From sequence record CP044582.1: 32,000 bases of DNA, one strand, 5' to 3'. The notes under the pieces are model-generated. The model ran no database searches and was not told where the DNA came from. It saw nothing but the letters and a program-made list of their open reading frames with translations. Position numbers and translations under genes: made by a program. Shown one piece after another: positions 9,869 to 22,998 of this stretch; the stretch's first letter is position 1; the number at the start of each line of letters is the position of its first letter.

Positions 9869-12127
9869 TTAAGTTTCCTTAATATGTTTGTGTAAACCAA
9901 GTGGTCTAGCATAAATCGCTGCTGCTACTAATTCATTAATTAAAATGCGACCAGGGGTTGTTCGAATATATGAAGAGATTATTTTATTATTTGCATCTCG
10001 TATGACTTGAATGTCATCAAAAATTTCTAATGTTTTGTTACTGACCAATATTTCTTTTCGTATTAAATTTTTGTCTTTTTTTGTAATTCCAGTAATTTTT
10101 CCTACATATTTAATCCAAACAGTAGAATGAAGTGAAATAGTTCCATGCTCTAAAGCTTCAGAAATTTTAGAGAAGGAAGTAAAGTAACGATTTCCACCTT
10201 TTCTATTTGGAAGAGTTCTAGTTGTAATATAATACCATCCCAATACAATATCTTGACTTGGTGTTAATAGAGGTCTACCATTTGCTGGTGACAAAAGATT
10301 ATTTGATGAGAGCATTCTATAGGCTTCTAATTGAGTTTTACGAGTAAGAGGTAAATGAACACCCATTTGGTCACCGTCAAAATCGGCATTAAAACCAGCA
10401 CAAACAAGAGGATGTAATTGAATTGCTCGACCTGTTGTTAAAATTGGTCTAAAAGCTTGAATGCCAAGTCTGTGTAAAGTTGGTGCTCTATTCAAAAGTA
10501 CTAATGAAACTGAAACTATCAACGTTAACAGAGTCCACACTATTGGATAATTTCTTTGTAATGCGGATGTTAAATCGCTTGTATCTAGTTCTCTTGCTCT
10601 TGGTATAATTTCTCTAATTTTATAAATTAGATAAGGGCCAAATAAATTTAATGCCATTTCATAAGGTAAAGCACACTGATCAAGCATTAATGTAGGTCCA
10701 ACTACAATTACAGATCGGCCAGAATAATCGACACGTTTTCCTAAGAGATTTTGTCTAAAACGTCCTTCTTTACCAGCAATCAAGTCATTTAAGCATCGAA
10801 GTGGTTTATTTCTTGGCCCATATGAATCTCGTCCAAAACGGCTACCATTATCAATTAAATCATCGACTGCGTCTTGAATCAAAATCTTTTCATTGATTAC
10901 GACAAAATCTGGAACAATTTGCTCACAAAATCGAAGGAGTCGATTATTTCTCATAACGATTCTACGATAGTGCTCATTAAATTCTGAACTCATATAAGTT
11001 CCATTAGGTAGTTCGAAAACAGGTCTTAGTGCCGGAGGTAAAACTGGCAATACTGTTAAAACCATCCAAGATGGTTCCGTTTTTGTTGCTAAAAATGTTT
11101 CTAAAAGACGCAGCCTTTTCAATAAACGATCACGTTTACTAATAGAAGAGTGAAATAACTCAGTTCTAACATATTTAACCTCTTCTCTTAAATTAAGAGA
11201 TTCCAGCATATTTAATATTTTTTTTGAACCATGATTTGCAAGTAACAATGCATTGACTTCTTCATCAACCCATTCTTGATATGTAGTAGGACGCTTCTGT
11301 CGATTTAATAACTTTTTAACCCGTGGGATTTCTAAGTTTTTAGACTTACTCAACTTACTTCTTAACTCTTCTTTACTTAATTCTGAAAATACGATATTTT
11401 CGGTATCGTTAATTATATCTTGAGTAATTGTATTACACGCCCTTAACCATTCTGAAACCCATTTGTCCAATTCGATCTCTTCAGTTTCATCTGATTTTGA
11501 ATCTTCTGTTGGGTTATTAGGTCCTAATAATCGTTTAACAGATTCTCTAGCCTCGTTTTCTAACTCCTCTAAAGTTTTTTCTTCTTCAACCAAATAAACA
11601 ATAGTTTCTAAGTCTTTTAAAGGCTGATCAAGAATAATACTGAGATAACTAGGGGAACCTTTTAAATACCACGTATGTGTAATGGGATAATTTAAAGCTA
11701 CATGCCCCATTCGATGGCGTCTAACATGACTCTCAGTAACTTCAACGCCACAGCTTGCGCAATAAAAAGGCTTTGTTTTTGGTCTGAACTTATATTGTCC
11801 ACATCCACATTCCCAACTTTTTAAAGGTCCAAAAATTTTTTCGCATAATAAACCATCGGGTTCAGGTCTTCCCGTTCGATAATTCATTGTATCTGGTTTA
11901 CGTATTTCACCAATAATTTCACCGTTAGGTAGTTTACGTTCGCTCCATTCACGTATTTTTTGAGGCGATGCTAATTTTACACCAACCATCTCAAATCGAT
12001 TTCTATTTGTTTGAGAAGAAATTGTCCGAGAATTTTTTAAATTTTTTCGTTTAATAACTCTCTTATCGGATAACATATTGGTTTCATTATTAAGATTTTT
12101 TATTGGAACGGTTTTTTTTTGTGACAT
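9869..12127 (-). CDS. rpoC1: RNA polymerase beta-prime (gamma) subunit
   Basis: 752-aa ORF with a zinc-finger CGCG...CASCGVEV, LLNRAPTLHRLGIQAF, and the catalytic NADFDGDQM. Confidence 0.95.
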   Translation of the reverse strand: MSQKKTVPIKNLNNETNMLSDKRVIKRKNLKNSRTISSQTNRNRFEMVGVKLASPQKIREWSERKLPNGEIIGEIRKPDTMNYRTGRPEPDGLLCEKIFGPLKSWECGCGQYKFRPKTKPFYCASCGVEVTESHVRRHRMGHVALNYPITHTWYLKGSPSYLSIILDQPLKDLETIVYLVEEEKTLEELENEARESVKRLLGPNNPTEDSKSDETEEIELDKWVSEWLRACNTITQDIINDTENIVFSELSKEELRSKLSKSKNLEIPRVKKLLNRQKRPTTYQEWVDEEVNALLLANHGSKKILNMLESLNLREEVKYVRTELFHSSISKRDRLLKRLRLLETFLATKTEPSWMVLTVLPVLPPALRPVFELPNGTYMSSEFNEHYRRIVMRNNRLLRFCEQIVPDFVVINEKILIQDAVDDLIDNGSRFGRDSYGPRNKPLRCLNDLIAGKEGRFRQNLLGKRVDYSGRSVIVVGPTLMLDQCALPYEMALNLFGPYLIYKIREIIPRARELDTSDLTSALQRNYPIVWTLLTLIVSVSLVLLNRAPTLHRLGIQAFRPILTTGRAIQLHPLVCAGFNADFDGDQMGVHLPLTRKTQLEAYRMLSSNNLLSPANGRPLLTPSQDIVLGWYYITTRTLPNRKGGNRYFTSFSKISEALEHGTISLHSTVWIKYVGKITGITKKDKNLIRKEILVSNKTLEIFDDIQVIRDANNKIISSYIRTTPGRILINELVAAAIYARPLGLHKHIKET

Positions 12128-12152
12128 ATTTTTCTACTATCAACTGATTGAA

Positions 12153-15100
12153 CTAAAATTTAACAGGCTTTACATTTGGTTCAAGTTTTCCAGATGAATG
12201 AGCCATAAATCGTAAAGCATGAATATCTACAGCTAAAGATCTTAATTCACGAAGTAAAACTCTAAAAGATTCAGGAATTCCAGGTGATGGCATCTGATTA
12301 TGCCCAACAATAGCTTTATATGCCCTTAATCGACCTGATATGTCGTCTGATTTTAAAGTTAACAATTCCTGTAAGGTGTGGGCCGTACCATATGCTTCTA
12401 AAGCCCACACTTCCATCTCACCAAATCTTTGTCCTCCTTCTCGCGATCGCCCACCTAAAGGTTGCTGTGTAATAACGGAATATGGTCCTATTGACCTTGC
12501 ATGAATTTTATCATCTACCAAGTGGATTAACTTCAACATATATGGTTTACCTACTGTAATAGGATTATCAAAAGGTTGGCCTGTTCGACCATCACGTAAA
12601 ACAACTTTCCCTGGTGTAGATTTTTTTAATATTTGCTCTTCCTCAGATAATTCACCTGTAATTTCAGACAATTTTTGATAAACTAGAGTTCTTGAGGCTT
12701 CTGTTCCATACATTTCATCAAACGGGAAGACTTTAAATCTACGTTCTAACTTTTCGCCAGCCCAACCTAATAAACATTCAAATAATTGACCAACATTCAT
12801 ACGTGAAGGTACACCTAATGGATTTAAGATGATGTCAACTAGTGTACCGTCGGGTAAAAAAGGTAAATCTGCTAATGGTGCTAAGGTTGAAATTACACCT
12901 TTGTTACCATGGCGCCCTGCCATTTTATCACCAATCTGCATCCGTCTTATATTAGCAATAAAAACTTGAATAATATAAAACACTTTTGGTGGCATGTCTA
13001 AAGCGCTTTCTCTATTAAGAACTCGAACATCTAAAGTTTTACCCACCATACCTAATGGAACTCTTAAGGATGTGTCAGCAACTGAAGTGGCATCTCCAAA
13101 TAATTCTTCAAGTAATCTTCCATATGTATTTTCACGACGTTTAGGAGAAAGTTTTCCAACTAGTGCATCGCCAGGTTGTACATATACACCAATGTAAACT
13201 AAACCATTTTCATCTAAGTTTCGTAAACGATATTTTTCAGCCGTACTTTCAGGTAAATCACGAGTTACATAATCTGGCCCACGATCATTATCTTCAATTT
13301 CAATCTCAAGTTTTTCTATATGTATAGAAGTAAATAAATTTTCATAAACTAATCGTTCACTTACGACAATTGCATCCTCGTAATTGTAACCAGCCCAAGG
13401 CATATACGCAACTGTGACATTTTTACCTAACGCTAATTCACCTTCATCTGTACTTGGGCCATCAGCAATAACACTACCAGATTCTACCTGTTCACCTATC
13501 CACACAATAGCGCGCTGACTAATAATTGTTGATTGATTTGATGATTGTGCTTTTTCAAGTTTGTAAACAATTGTTTTTTCATATTTGTCTCGGATCCATA
13601 TAGAATTTGACGAGACAAATCTTACAATACCTTTACTATAACTTAAAACTAATGACCCGGATTCTATAGCTAAATGTGATTCTATACCTGTTCCTACAAT
13701 TGGTTTTTGAGGCCTCAATAAAGGCACTGCTTGACGTTGCATATGTGCACCCATTAAAGTTCTATTGGCATCATCATGTTCAAAGAAAGGTATTAAACCA
13801 ACTGCGGGTGAAAAAAGCTGGAAAGGAGAAATTGAAAGATATTCAATTTCGGAAGGTGATGTAATACGAAATTCGTCATTTTCTTTCACACCAATTCTTT
13901 TGGTTAATAAAAATCCCTTTGAACTTATAAGACTATCTCCCATTGCAATGGATTTACCATCTTCTTGTCCTACACTTAAGTAATCTAGTCCAGTAATTTT
14001 ACCTTTGTTAATTGAGAAAAATGGTGTTTTTAAAAACCCTTGAGCATCCGTTTGAACAAAAGTAGCAAGTGATGCTACTAACCCAGCCTTTTCTCCTTCA
14101 GGAGTATCAATTGGACATAAACGTCCGTAATAACTTGGATGAATATCGCGAATAGCTAAACTTGCTTTCTCAAATGGAATACCTCCAGGTCCTAAAACAG
14201 TAACTCTTCGTTTATGCATTAACTCTGCTAGAGGGTTAATTTGATCTAAATACTGAGATAAAGGATTCGTGGCAAAAAATTCATCAACCGCCGATTGAAT
14301 AGGAAAAGGATTGATTAAAACACTTAAATCAAGTGTATTCATCGTATCTCTCTTTTCGTCTAGAAAAGCTCCAAATCTTAGGAAAGCTTGAGAAAATTGT
14401 GATTGGAGTAATTCTCCTATAGATCTAATTCGTCTATTTTCTAAACTATCAATATCATCCACATTTCCAATTAAGACTCTTAATCCAATTAAATAGTCAA
14501 TAATTTCGACCAAATCATGCAAAGTTAATGTTTGAGCTTTATCAGGTAAAGACAATCCCAATTTTTTGTTAACTTTATAACGACCAACTTTTCCAAGACT
14601 ATAGTATTTAGGCTCAAAAATTTCACTTTTCAATAATTCCCATCTTGATTGATATTCTTCATAGGGAAAGTCAGAACCTTTTGTATAAATTTTTCTTGAA
14701 TGGGCTAAAATATATTCAAAATAATGTGAGTTTTCGAGATGAGAAAACATTGTATTTGAATGAGCTCCAATATCTTCTAATAATATAGAAATTGGAATTT
14801 TTTCAATTCGATCTGTTTTTATCCAAACAAGCTTTTCACGATCATATTCGAAATATAACCATGAGCCACGATTTGATATTAACGTGGCTGCAATTGTAGA
14901 AATTTGACTATTAATAGCATCTACCTTGTAATAAATACCTGGGCTTCTAACTATTTGACCCAAAATCACTCTCTCGCAACCATTAATAACAAATGTTCCT
15001 CGATTTGTCATTAGTGGTAATTCACATAAACACAATGTATGTAATTCAATAGTTTGAGTTCTTTTATCCTCAACTTCGATTGGCATATAAAGCCTTATAG

Positions 15101-15320
15101 AATAAGAAAGTCTATCTCTTCGAGACTCATTTGGTATTCGAAACGGCGCATGAAAATAGAAGTCATTATGGAAAAATCTGACTTCAAAAGTTTCCATAAA
15201 ATCGGCGAGACTCGAAAGATTTCTTAGTTCCTCACTTAATCCTTCTTCCAGGAACCAACAAAAACTAGTCTTTTGAATTTCAACTAGATCTGGCATATTT
15301 GCCAGAAAAACTTTTCGCAT
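12153..15320 (-). CDS. rpoB: RNA polymerase beta subunit
   Basis: 1055-aa ORF with GRHGNKGV, NPLGVPSRMNVGQ, GGQRFGEMEVWALEAYG and HLVDDKIHARS motifs. Confidence 0.97.
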   Translation of the reverse strand: MRKVFLANMPDLVEIQKTSFCWFLEEGLSEELRNLSSLADFMETFEVRFFHNDFYFHAPFRIPNESRRDRLSYSIRLYMPIEVEDKRTQTIELHTLCLCELPLMTNRGTFVINGCERVILGQIVRSPGIYYKVDAINSQISTIAATLISNRGSWLYFEYDREKLVWIKTDRIEKIPISILLEDIGAHSNTMFSHLENSHYFEYILAHSRKIYTKGSDFPYEEYQSRWELLKSEIFEPKYYSLGKVGRYKVNKKLGLSLPDKAQTLTLHDLVEIIDYLIGLRVLIGNVDDIDSLENRRIRSIGELLQSQFSQAFLRFGAFLDEKRDTMNTLDLSVLINPFPIQSAVDEFFATNPLSQYLDQINPLAELMHKRRVTVLGPGGIPFEKASLAIRDIHPSYYGRLCPIDTPEGEKAGLVASLATFVQTDAQGFLKTPFFSINKGKITGLDYLSVGQEDGKSIAMGDSLISSKGFLLTKRIGVKENDEFRITSPSEIEYLSISPFQLFSPAVGLIPFFEHDDANRTLMGAHMQRQAVPLLRPQKPIVGTGIESHLAIESGSLVLSYSKGIVRFVSSNSIWIRDKYEKTIVYKLEKAQSSNQSTIISQRAIVWIGEQVESGSVIADGPSTDEGELALGKNVTVAYMPWAGYNYEDAIVVSERLVYENLFTSIHIEKLEIEIEDNDRGPDYVTRDLPESTAEKYRLRNLDENGLVYIGVYVQPGDALVGKLSPKRRENTYGRLLEELFGDATSVADTSLRVPLGMVGKTLDVRVLNRESALDMPPKVFYIIQVFIANIRRMQIGDKMAGRHGNKGVISTLAPLADLPFLPDGTLVDIILNPLGVPSRMNVGQLFECLLGWAGEKLERRFKVFPFDEMYGTEASRTLVYQKLSEITGELSEEEQILKKSTPGKVVLRDGRTGQPFDNPITVGKPYMLKLIHLVDDKIHARSIGPYSVITQQPLGGRSREGGQRFGEMEVWALEAYGTAHTLQELLTLKSDDISGRLRAYKAIVGHNQMPSPGIPESFRVLLRELRSLAVDIHALRFMAHSSGKLEPNVKPVKF

Positions 15321-15360
15321 GGATTTTACCTACTCCTTAATTATTTATTTCAAAAAATGT

Positions 15361-15390
15361 GTATACAACTAGTGTATTCTAGTTGTATAC
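15361..15390 (-). terminator. 12-bp stem-loop downstream of rps20 and upstream of rpoB
   Basis: gtatacaactag (15361..15372) pairs with ctagttgtatac (15379..15390). The loop is 6 nt. Confidence 0.45.
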
Positions 15391-15491
15391 TGTTAAAACA
15401 ATAATAATAATATATTAAACTTAACTGCTATGAAAATTAATATTAATTCTTTTAACTAAATTAAGGTTTACCCACCTTTTTCAAAACATTA

Positions 15492-15752
15492 CTAATACGA
15501 GATTTTTGTCTTGCTGCTTTTCTTAAATGGAAAACTTTTTTTTTTAGCTGCTTTATCAATTCGACTATAAATTTTTGAAATTAACGTTTGTAAAACTTGA
15601 TAGGTTTCACTAGTGCGATTTGATTCAAACGTTTTAATATTAGTTCTATATTTTTTTACTAAAGTTTTAATACTTGATTTATAAAATCTATTCATTTTAC
15701 GGTTTCTTTCACCAATACGAACTCTTTTTTTCGCAGATTTGATATTAGCCAT
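15492..15752 (-). CDS. rps20: 30S ribosomal protein S20
   Basis: 86-aa basic ORF starting MANIKSAKKRV and containing IDKAAKK, both typical S20 features. Confidence 0.8.
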   Translation of the reverse strand: MANIKSAKKRVRIGERNRKMNRFYKSSIKTLVKKYRTNIKTFESNRTSETYQVLQTLISKIYSRIDKAAKKKSFPFKKSSKTKISY

Positions 15753-15952
15753 AATGTTTTATTGTTTTTTTATGAGTATTAAATGGACTTCAAAGTTTTT
15801 TACAAATAAATTCAGTTACCTAAAAGTATCTAAATATTATAAATTAAATTGAAATAATAACATAGTCATTTGACTAGCTTCGTAATAAAAATTTCTTATA
15901 ATTAATTATATACAATTCTATAATAGAAAATTTACAAATCCAAAAGAAAAAA

Positions 15953-16147
15953 ATGGCAAAACAAAAAGGTAGCCGTATTATTATACATATCGAGTGTACA
16001 ACTTGTCGTACAAATACGAATAAACGGTCTGAAGGAGTGTCACGCTACACTACGGTAAAAAATCGTCGTAATACGCCAGCAAGATTAGAAATAAAAAAAT
16101 TCTGTCCACACTGTAACTCCCATACAGTACATAAAGAAACTAAATAA
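15953..16147 (+). CDS. rpl33: 50S ribosomal protein L33
   Basis: 64-aa ORF with CxxC...CxxC zinc-ribbon cysteines (CTTC, CPHC) and [20 protein letters not shown]. Confidence 0.9.
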   Translation: MAKQKGSRIIIHIECTTCRTNTNKRSEGVSRYTTVKNRRNTPARLEIKKFCPHCNSHTVHKETK

Positions 16148-16152
16148 ATAGT

Positions 16153-16371
16153 ATGAGAAAAATGAAAGCTAAACTTTCGCCTTTAGGCTTAAATCGTGAC
16201 ATTGATTACAAAGACCTTTTGTTGTTACGCTCATTTACTACGAGTTACGGTAAAATTTTAGGTCGTCACGTCAGTAATCTAACCAAAATTCAACAAAGTC
16301 GTTTAAAAAAAGCTATAAAACACGCAAGACTTTTAGGATTATTTCCTTTTGTACCTAATAAAGCTCTCTAG
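16153..16371 (+). CDS. rps18: 30S ribosomal protein S18
   Basis: 72-aa ORF with IDYKDLLLLRSFTTSYGKIL.R..S.LT..QQ..L.KAIK.AR.L.LFPF. Lies 5 nt downstream of rpl33, the usual rpl33-rps18 pair. Confidence 0.9.
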   Translation: MRKMKAKLSPLGLNRDIDYKDLLLLRSFTTSYGKILGRHVSNLTKIQQSRLKKAIKHARLLGLFPFVPNKAL

Positions 16372-16412
16372 CTTTAGATAAATAAAATTTAGAAACAAAA
16401 ATATCTCAAAGG

Positions 16413-16916
16413 ATGAATCAACAAAACGACAACTTTCTTGACAAAACCTTTACGATTATGGCAGATATAGTAATCAAAGTACTACCTGCTAGTCAGCAAG
16501 AAAAAGAAGCCTTCACGTACTATAAAGAAGGTTTAGTCGCACAATCTTCTGGACAATACGCTCAAGCACTAGAAAGTTACTATGAAGCGCTACAACTAGA
16601 AGAAGACCCGATTGATCGTAGTTATATTCTTTATAACATTGCTTTAATTTACTCAAATAATGGAGAGTACTCAATAGCTCTTCAATATTACCATCAATCA
16701 CTAGAATTAAATCCAAAATTGTCACAAGCCTACAATAACATTGCTGTAATTTACCATTACCAAGGTGTTAAATCATCAGAAAAACGACAATCTGAAATAG
16801 CTAAAAAGCTCTTTAATAAAGCAGCTGATTATTGGAAAGAAGCCATTAGGTTGGCTCCAAATAATTATATTGAGGCAGAGAATTGGTTAATTACAACAGG
16901 TCGTGAGTTAAACTAA
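16413..16916 (+). CDS. ycf3: Photosystem I assembly protein Ycf3 (TPR protein)
   Basis: 167-aa ORF with [61 protein letters not shown] and further TPR repeats typical of Ycf3. Confidence 0.9.
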   Translation: MNQQNDNFLDKTFTIMADIVIKVLPASQQEKEAFTYYKEGLVAQSSGQYAQALESYYEALQLEEDPIDRSYILYNIALIYSNNGEYSIALQYYHQSLELNPKLSQAYNNIAVIYHYQGVKSSEKRQSEIAKKLFNKAADYWKEAIRLAPNNYIEAENWLITTGRELN

Positions 16917-17006
16917 GTAGTTTACCTTTTGTGATTAATCGTAGAAACATTTAAATTAAGAAAAAACCGAAAGGGAAACCCTATTTATTTTCTTCTGTAT
17001 ACCTAA

Positions 17007-18497
<1,491 letters not shown>

Positions 18498-18510
18498 GAG
18501 TAGATATTTT

Positions 18511-18930
18511 ATGTTAATAACGACGAATATCTTAGCAACTAATCGAACAATTACCAACTGGAAAGTTAAAGAAGCTGTTTTACCTACAACAACAGGTGAA
18601 CTTGGTATTTTACCAAATCATAGTAGATTACTTACAGCTTTAGATATAGGTGTTCTTAGAATAAAGGCTGAGAATAATTGGATACCAATTGTAATACTAG
18701 ACGGAATTGCCGAAATTGAAGATAATAATCTTAAAATTATTGTTAGACAGGTTGAGGAATTATCTGATATTAAAATGGATATTGATCAAGCAAAAAAAGA
18801 ACTTGATGAGACAATACAAAACTTAGCTAAATCAAGTAAGCAGAATGAAAAGCTTTTAAATACAATTAATTTAAAGCGCTCATTAGCTCGATTCCAAGCA
18901 TTAAGTTTTGCTCAATCAAACTCTAATTAA
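18511..18930 (+). CDS. atpE: ATP synthase CF1 epsilon subunit
   Basis: 139-aa ORF immediately after atpB, with GGAG at 18497..18500 placed 10 nt before the ATG. Contains LPTTTGELGILPNH..LLTALD.GVLRI, the epsilon signature. Confidence 0.85.
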   Translation: MLITTNILATNRTITNWKVKEAVLPTTTGELGILPNHSRLLTALDIGVLRIKAENNWIPIVILDGIAEIEDNNLKIIVRQVEELSDIKMDIDQAKKELDETIQNLAKSSKQNEKLLNTINLKRSLARFQALSFAQSNSN

Positions 18931-18934
18931 TTAA

Positions 18935-18984
18935 GATTAGAGTATTAGGTACAAAATCCCTAGGCTTTATATCTAATACTCTAA
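18935..18984 (+). terminator. Stem-loop downstream of atpE
   Basis: 13-bp perfect stem attagagtattag (18935..18947) / ctaatactctaat (18972..18984) with a 24-nt loop. Confidence 0.4.
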
Positions 18985-18998
18985 TTTCAAATTTTTAT

Positions 18999-19757
18999 AT
19001 GCAATTTAAATTTAATTTATCTATATTAGACAAAGCAACAGCACCTAAGATTTACATGGGGTTGAAAGAGCATAACCAAGAGCTAAGAGAACGTTTATTT
19101 CAATTACTCATTTTTCTAATAATATTAGTTGGTTTTTGCTTTTCTCAGACAAAGATGTTAGCCCAATTTCTTCAAAATGCAATCGATGGTATCAAATTTT
19201 TTCAACCTTCTCCGGATGAATATTTTTTCTTGAGCTTTAAGCTTTCACTATCAACAGCAATTTTTTTAGAAAGTCCTTTTATTATTATTTATGGAATATG
19301 TTATCTTTTTCCCGCTTTACTAAGTCGAGAAAAATTTGCTTTTGGTAGCCTATTGTGTTTGTCACTAACTTTGGTTTTCGCCGGAAGCTTTTATGCATAC
19401 AATGTAGTTGCACCGGCGGCCTTAACATTTTTCTTTGCTTACACAAAAGATATCCTTGAACCTTTATGGTCATTTCAAGAATATGTTGATTTTTTATGGA
19501 TTTTGTTCCTTGGATCAATTTATACCTTTCAAATCCCTGTAATTCAAATTCTTTTAGGATTTATAGGATTATGTACTTCAAAAAATTGCGTTAATGGGCT
19601 TCGATATGTTTTATTGGCTTCAACTGTTTTAGCAGCCGTAATTACTCCTTCAACAGATCCCCTTACACAATTAGTTTTCACTGTAGCCATTTTGGTTCTA
19701 TTTATTATAGGTAGTGGTTTGTTATTTGCTTTAGAGAAATTAAAGGTTATATGTTAG
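18999..19757 (+). CDS. tatC: Sec-independent translocase TatC (ycf43)
   Basis: 252-aa polytopic ORF with LKEHNQELRERLF (the TatC N-terminal motif) and TPSTDPLTQ near the C-terminus. The real start may be the internal Met at 19056 (MGLKEHNQELR). Confidence 0.85.
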   Translation: MQFKFNLSILDKATAPKIYMGLKEHNQELRERLFQLLIFLIILVGFCFSQTKMLAQFLQNAIDGIKFFQPSPDEYFFLSFKLSLSTAIFLESPFIIIYGICYLFPALLSREKFAFGSLLCLSLTLVFAGSFYAYNVVAPAALTFFFAYTKDILEPLWSFQEYVDFLWILFLGSIYTFQIPVIQILLGFIGLCTSKNCVNGLRYVLLASTVLAAVITPSTDPLTQLVFTVAILVLFIIGSGLLFALEKLKVIC

Positions 19758-19844
19758 TACTTTGAAACTCTTGTATAAAAATAATTTTAAAACCGGTAAA
19801 TTTTGTTAATTTTTGATTAATTTAAACAAGTTAAAACGGACGAT

Positions 19845-20804
19845 ATGCGAAAAGAATGGCGCAGTAAAATCGGAAAAAGCTTCGATTTTCTTGTTATAGC
19901 AAGTATTGCTATTCAGCAATTGTTAGTATCTGCTACTCAAGTAAACGCATTTCCAATATATGCTCAACAAGCATATAAGAATCCTAGAGAAGCAAATGGT
20001 AGAATTGTTTGTGCTAACTGTCATTTAGCTGCTAAAACAGTTGAATTAGAAGCACCACAATCAATTTTACCAGATCAAGTTTTTGAAACAACAGTTAAAA
20101 TTCCTTATGACACAACTAAAAAACAAATTTTAGGTAGTGGTAAAAAAGGTGGATTAAACGTCGGTGCAGTATTAGTTTTACCTGAAGGTTTTAAATTGGC
20201 TCCAAAAGATAAGCTAAGTGCTGAATTAAAAGCAAAAACATCTTCAGTATATATTACACCATATAGCCCTACTTTAGAGAACATTTTAGTTGTAGGTCCA
20301 GTAGCTGGTGAAAAAAATCAGGAAATTCATTTCCCTATCCTAGCTCCAAACCCCGAAACGGATAAACGCGTACATTTTTTCAAATACCCACTTTATGTTG
20401 GTGGAAACCGTGGACGTGGACAAGTATATCCTGATGGGCAAAAAACAAACAACAATCAATATTTATCGTCAGTTAGTGGTAAAGTCATAAATATTGAAGT
20501 AAACGAAAAGACAGGAACAAAAGTGAGTGTTCAAGATACTAGTGGAAATAGTATTGAGCAAGTGGTACCTGCTGGATTAGATTTACTTATTTCAAAAAAT
20601 GATATTGTTAGAGTAGATCAACCTCTTACTATTGATCCTAATGTTGGAGGATTTGGCCAAACAGACAAAGAAATTGTCTTACAAAATCCAGCTAGAATTT
20701 ATGGTTATGTAGCTTTTGCTTTTGTTACGATGTTAACTCAAGTTCTTTTAGTTGTTAAGAAAAAACAATTTGAAAAAGTTCAAGCAGCCGAAATGAATTT
20801 TTAA
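19845..20804 (+). CDS. petA: Cytochrome f precursor
   Basis: 319-aa ORF. A signal peptide ends in the mature N-terminus FPIYAQQAYKNPREANGRIVCANCHLA (heme-binding CANCH), and there is a C-terminal transmembrane anchor. Confidence 0.95.
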   Translation: MRKEWRSKIGKSFDFLVIASIAIQQLLVSATQVNAFPIYAQQAYKNPREANGRIVCANCHLAAKTVELEAPQSILPDQVFETTVKIPYDTTKKQILGSGKKGGLNVGAVLVLPEGFKLAPKDKLSAELKAKTSSVYITPYSPTLENILVVGPVAGEKNQEIHFPILAPNPETDKRVHFFKYPLYVGGNRGRGQVYPDGQKTNNNQYLSSVSGKVINIEVNEKTGTKVSVQDTSGNSIEQVVPAGLDLLISKNDIVRVDQPLTIDPNVGGFGQTDKEIVLQNPARIYGYVAFAFVTMLTQVLLVVKKKQFEKVQAAEMNF

Positions 20805-20835
20805 ATAATTATGTTTTTTAGTTACTCAAGTATTT

Positions 20836-20875
20836 TTACTTATTGTAAAGCTTTATAAAGCTTTACAATAAGTAA
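20836..20875. terminator. 40-bp perfect palindrome at the convergent petA/thiS junction (candidate bidirectional terminator)
   Basis: Base-by-base check: 20836..20855 pairs perfectly with 20856..20875 (tttacttattgtaaagcttta|taaagctttacaataagtaaa). It lies between two 3-prime ends. Confidence 0.6.
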
Positions 20876-20925
20876 GATTTTCAATTTTTTTTATTTTAGT
20901 TAAATTAATAAATAAAGCTTACTTA

Positions 20926-21165
20926 TTAGCCACCACCTACAATTGTTACAAATTCAATTTGATCAAAAGGATTCAAAAATATTTTTTTTGACAAATCGGG
21001 TTTTAGGATTACTTGGTTATATTCAGTAATTAAAACGTTATGTTTAATATCTAAAAATTCAAAGAGTTGACTGAGGTTAACAGTATAATTAATGGCGTAA
21101 ACTTCACCATTAATTAAAACCCAATTTTCTGGATTCGGATATAATTCATTTTTGATAAAAGTCAT
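20926..21165 (-). CDS. thiS: Sulfur-carrier protein ThiS (ycf40)
   Basis: 79-aa ORF with the INGE core and the diagnostic C-terminus IEFVTIVGGG. About 14 extra residues at the N-terminus. Confidence 0.65.
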   Translation of the reverse strand: MTFIKNELYPNPENWVLINGEVYAINYTVNLSQLFEFLDIKHNVLITEYNQVILKPDLSKKIFLNPFDQIEFVTIVGGG

Positions 21166-21278
21166 CGGTATTTGTACATATATAACGAATAATTATTATT
21201 CAGATAAATTTTAAAAATGATTAAATTTTTTATTTTAGGTCTTAAAATGACCTAAAAATATTAAAATAGATAAAATTG

Positions 21279-21307
21279 TTGTATATTAAAGAAATCATTC
21301 ATATAAT
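21279..21307 (+). promoter_or_regulatory. Candidate sigma70-type promoter upstream of rbcL
   Basis: TTGTAT (21279..21284), a 17-nt spacer, then TATAAT (21302..21307), about 175 nt upstream of the rbcL ATG. The AT-rich context makes chance matches likely. Confidence 0.25.
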
Positions 21308-21482
21308 ATTTATGTATCTAAAATAGTTCAAATTAGAGATTTATATATTGAATATTAATTAATTTTCAATAAAATCTCAAGTTAAATGGGTTTTGCTTTT
21401 CAAGTTCGGTTTAAATTGCCGAAGGGACCATTTAAAATTTCCGAGAACCAGAGAATTTACTGCTATATAAAAGGAGTCCTAA

Positions 21483-22946
<1,464 letters not shown>

Positions 22947-22998
22947 TCGTATAAAAACAATATCAATCAGTTTAACATACTAAAGGAGTATTTGAAGA

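Noticed and set aside
12994-13983. Three short plus-strand ORFs (12994..13197, 13676..13864, 13765..13983) antisense to rpoB
   Set aside because: All lie inside conserved rpoB coding sequence on the opposite strand. No motifs.
15782-15862. 26-aa plus-strand ORF (MSIKWTSKFFTNKFSYLKVSKYYKLN) in the rps20/rpl33 divergent spacer
   Set aside because: It is short, has no hydrophobic helix or known small-subunit motif, has no Shine-Dalgarno sequence, and lies in what is most likely a divergent promoter region.
16513-16725. 70-aa minus-strand ORF inside ycf3
   Set aside because: Antisense to a clear TPR-repeat ycf3.
19285-19518. 77-aa minus-strand ORF inside tatC
   Set aside because: Antisense to tatC. 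No recognisable features.
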